From an uncultured bacterium (GTDB taxonomy: Bacteria; Planctomycetota; UBA8108), in NCBI GenBank assembly GCA_913042995.1, contig CAJWMA010000001.1, positions 1 through 37,466 on the forward strand: a stretch of DNA of 37,466 bases, read 5' to 3'. Within the stretch, counting starts at the first letter, position 1. Each line of letters starts with the position of its first letter. Both the position numbers and the translations under genes were made by a program. Positions 35,223 to 37,466 of the stretch are shown in pieces. The notes under the pieces are model-generated. The model was not told the DNA's origin, did not search any database, and saw only the letters and a program-made list of their open reading frames with translations.

Positions 35223-36350
35223 GTGGCCGTTTCCCGTCCTAAACCAGAATTCATGGCTGAGGCGCTTGAGCTTGCCCTGGGGGGGCTGGAGAGCGTCTCT
35301 CCCAACCCTCTCGTCGGGGCTGTCGTTGTGCGTGGAGGGAAGGTCATCGGCCGCGGATTTCATCGTGGGTTTGGTCGTCCTCATGCTGAGAGGGAGGCCC
35401 TGGGGGCGGCGGGCAATGCCAGGGGGGCGGATCTCTATGTCACCCTTGAGCCGTGCGCTCACCATGGAAAGACTCCGCCTTGTTGCGAAGCTGTCCTGGA
35501 GGCGGGAATCAAGAGGGTCTTCTTTTCAGCTTCCGATCCGAACCCCGAGACGCGCGGCAAGGGTCCGCGGCTTCTGCGGAAGGCGGGAGTGGAGGTCCGC
35601 GGGGGGCTTCTTCGAAAGGAGGCCCTGTCCCAGAACGCGCCCTATTTTTTCTGGAGAGATAAAGGCAGGCCATGGGTGGTGCTGAAATGGGCCATGAGCC
35701 TCGATGGGAAGATAGCTACGGCCGGGGGTGAATCTCAGTGGATCACCGGCGCGAAGGCCCGCGCCAGGGGACACTCTCTGCGCAGGCGGGTGGATGCGGT
35801 GCTGGTCGGCACCGAGACGGTCCTGGCGGATGACCCCCTCCTGACTCCAAGGCCGGCCGGCGGCCGGACCCCGCTCAGGGTGATCCTTGACCGCAGGGGG
35901 CGTCTGCCAATGAAGCTCAAGCTCTTGTCCCATCCCCGGGTAGCGGGCAGGGGGCGGCGTCTCTACGTCAGCGTTCCCGGGGCGAATAGCGCCAGGCGCC
36001 TTGGTGAGCTCGAACGCCGGGGGGTGGAGACTCTCCTGCTGCCTTCGGCCGCCGCCGGCCTGGACCTTGGCTTGCTGCTGGCCGAGTTGGCGAAGCTGGA
36101 GATCTCCCAATTGCTCGTAGAGGGAGGCGCCAGGCTTGCCGGAGCCTTCCTTCGGGATTCCCTGGCCCAGGAGATCGCCGCCTTCGTCGCTCCGAAAATT
36201 ATCGGCGGAGAAGATGCCCTCTCGCCTGTTGGCGGTGAGGGCTTCAGGAAACTGGCGGAGTCCCTTTCTCTTTCTGACCTGCGGCACGAGGCGCTTGGAG
36301 CAGATCTCTTCCTGAGCGCGAAGATTCGACCTGCCGGGAACTCCCGCTGA
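35223..36350 (+). CDS. ribD: Bifunctional riboflavin biosynthesis protein RibD (deaminase/reductase)
   Basis: GTG start lies immediately after the miaB stop (TGAGTG 35220-35225). Motifs: NPLVGAVVV, HAEREAL, LYVTLEPCAHHGKTPPCCEAV, KWAMSLDGKIA, ESQWITG, LLVEGGARLAG. Confidence 0.9.
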   Translation: MAVSRPKPEFMAEALELALGGLESVSPNPLVGAVVVRGGKVIGRGFHRGFGRPHAEREALGAAGNARGADLYVTLEPCAHHGKTPPCCEAVLEAGIKRVFFSASDPNPETRGKGPRLLRKAGVEVRGGLLRKEALSQNAPYFFWRDKGRPWVVLKWAMSLDGKIATAGGESQWITGAKARARGHSLRRRVDAVLVGTETVLADDPLLTPRPAGGRTPLRVILDRRGRLPMKLKLLSHPRVAGRGRRLYVSVPGANSARRLGELERRGVETLLLPSAAAGLDLGLLLAELAKLEISQLLVEGGARLAGAFLRDSLAQEIAAFVAPKIIGGEDALSPVGGEGFRKLAESLSLSDLRHEALGADLFLSAKIRPAGNSR

Positions 36351-36538
36351 TCCGGTCGTTTGCCCTAAGGCATTGCAGGAAAAATGCTTGGGTGGTTGAT
36401 TCGGGGGGCGGAGGTAGGTTTTTTAAGACAAGAGACTCGAATTTTATGATGAGTTTTGTTTAAATAACCGACTTTGAAAAACCATCGGAGCAGTAGGCGA
36501 GGCCCTTCGAGGCAGAGGGGGACAGTGGAGATCAGCTC

Positions 36539-37466
36539 ATGATTAAGGTAAAGAATATTACCAAAACCTACGGAGCGACGGTCGCCGTAGACGACGTCAG
36601 CTTTGAGGTCGGGCCGGGTGAGATCCTCGGCTTCCTTGGGCCGAATGGAGCCGGGAAGTCGACGACCCTGAAAATTATAACATCCTACGTGGTAGCAGAT
36701 TCCGGCAGCGTCTATGTGAATGACATAGAGGCTCTTGATAACCCCATGGAGGTGAGGAAGGCCATTGGCTACCTGCCTGAGAGCACGCCGCTCTATATGG
36801 ATATGCAGGTGATTGAGTACCTCGAGTTTGTCGCCCGGGTCCGGCAAATGTCGGGAGCCGAAGCCAAGTCGGCGATCGACCGGGTTGTTGAGATGGTCGG
36901 CTTGCGCCGCATGCTGCGCAAGAACATCGGGCACCTCTCGAAGGGCTACAAGCAGCGGGTAGGCATAGCCCAGGCGCTTTTGCATGATCCCGGAATCCTG
37001 ATCATGGACGAGCCGACCAGCGGCCTCGATCCGCACCAGATTATCGAGATCCGAGAGCTGATCAGGACCCTTGGAAAAGAGAAGATGATCATTCTCTCCA
37101 GTCACATTCTCCAGGAGATCTCGGCCATTGGAACTCGCATCATGATTATCAAGGATGGACGGATCGTGGCGGATGACACCCCGCAGAACATGCAGCGATC
37201 GCTCGGCGACAAAACTGGCTTCCGGGCCAGGGTCCAGGGGCCCGCGGAAGAAGTCGCTGCCGCTCTGAAAGGGCTCGATGGAGTTAATTCCGTTGAGATC
37301 ACCGCTGGCGGCGGAACTGATACAGAGTTCCGGTTGCTCACGAGCGCGGGGGAGGATATCGGCTCCAGGGTTTTCAAGGCCGTCGCCGGAAAAGGCTGGG
37401 AACTCTCCGCCTTGTCGCCGGATGAACACAGCCTCGAGGACGTCTATCTCGAGTTGACCAAAGATG
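36539..37466 (+). CDS. ABC transporter ATP-binding protein (ABC-2/GldA-like exporter ATPase), 3' end outside window
   Basis: Absent from the supplied track because no stop falls within the window. ATG 36539 has GGAG 8 nt upstream. My own translation reads MIKVKNITKTYGATVAVDDVSFEVGPGEILGFLGPNGAGKSTT (Walker A), LSKGYKQRVGIAQAL (signature), ILIMDEPTSGLD (Walker B) and LSSHIL (H-loop). The frame stays open to position 37466. Confidence 0.9.
   Translation, partial: MIKVKNITKTYGATVAVDDVSFEVGPGEILGFLGPNGAGKSTTLKIITSYVVADSGSVYVNDIEALDNPMEVRKAIGYLPESTPLYMDMQVIEYLEFVARVRQMSGAEAKSAIDRVVEMVGLRRMLRKNIGHLSKGYKQRVGIAQALLHDPGILIMDEPTSGLDPHQIIEIRELIRTLGKEKMIILSSHILQEISAIGTRIMIIKDGRIVADDTPQNMQRSLGDKTGFRARVQGPAEEVAAALKGLDGVNSVEITAGGGTDTEFRLLTSAGEDIGSRVFKAVAGKGWELSALSPDEHSLEDVYLELTKD

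Noticed and set aside
1-37466. Mobile elements, a genomic island, or a defence system (CRISPR, restriction-modification, or MoxR-VWA 'ternary' conflict systems).
   Set aside because: There are no repeat-spacer arrays, transposase, integrase or phage genes, or flanking direct repeats, and no compositional break visible by eye. The MoxR cluster has the Bat-like DUF58/BatA membrane architecture and lacks effector-type domains (nuclease, protease, TIR or STAND) expected for conflict systems.

Overview
A 37.5 kb, visibly GC-rich, almost fully coding chromosomal segment. I call 27 CDS, 24 on the + strand, and find no rRNA, tRNA, CRISPR array, transposase or integrase. The host looks like a diderm bacterium because BamD-like and LptE-like lipoproteins are present; I cannot assign a phylum from sequence alone. 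The window has two parts. (1) Positions 1-16019 hold a co-directional eight-gene cluster, several of whose junctions are translationally coupled. It runs MoxR-like AAA+ ATPase (5'-truncated), DUF58, two paralogous membrane-anchored VWA/MIDAS proteins of the BatA type, a PQQ-like beta-propeller protein, a secreted alpha/alpha-toroid (prenyltransferase/squalene-cyclase repeat) protein, a DUF4175-like membrane protein, and a 1078-aa secreted coiled-coil protein with a poly-Q tract and acidic tail. The front half resembles the poorly understood Bat/MoxR-VWA operons. The back half is not the canonical BatC/D/E set, and this is the best candidate here for an undescribed envelope-associated system. 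(2) Positions 16089-37466 are mostly housekeeping genes: CNNM/CorC-type transporter, recO, bamD-like, lptE-like, folP-cdaA-cdaR-glmM (c-di-AMP synthesis module), dapA, a YhaM-like OB/HD nuclease (-), a secreted HEAT/TPR protein, sucCD, an XRE regulator with a lysine-rich tail (-), a DHH/DHHA1 phosphoesterase, a small TPR-like protein (-), miaB, ribD, and an ABC-transporter ATPase that runs off the 3' edge. The supplied ORF track lacks this ABC gene and shows only its antisense shadow ORF. Several sigma70-like promoters and small palindromes or repeats sit in the few intergenic gaps. All calls rest on motif-level reading of the translations; no searches were run.
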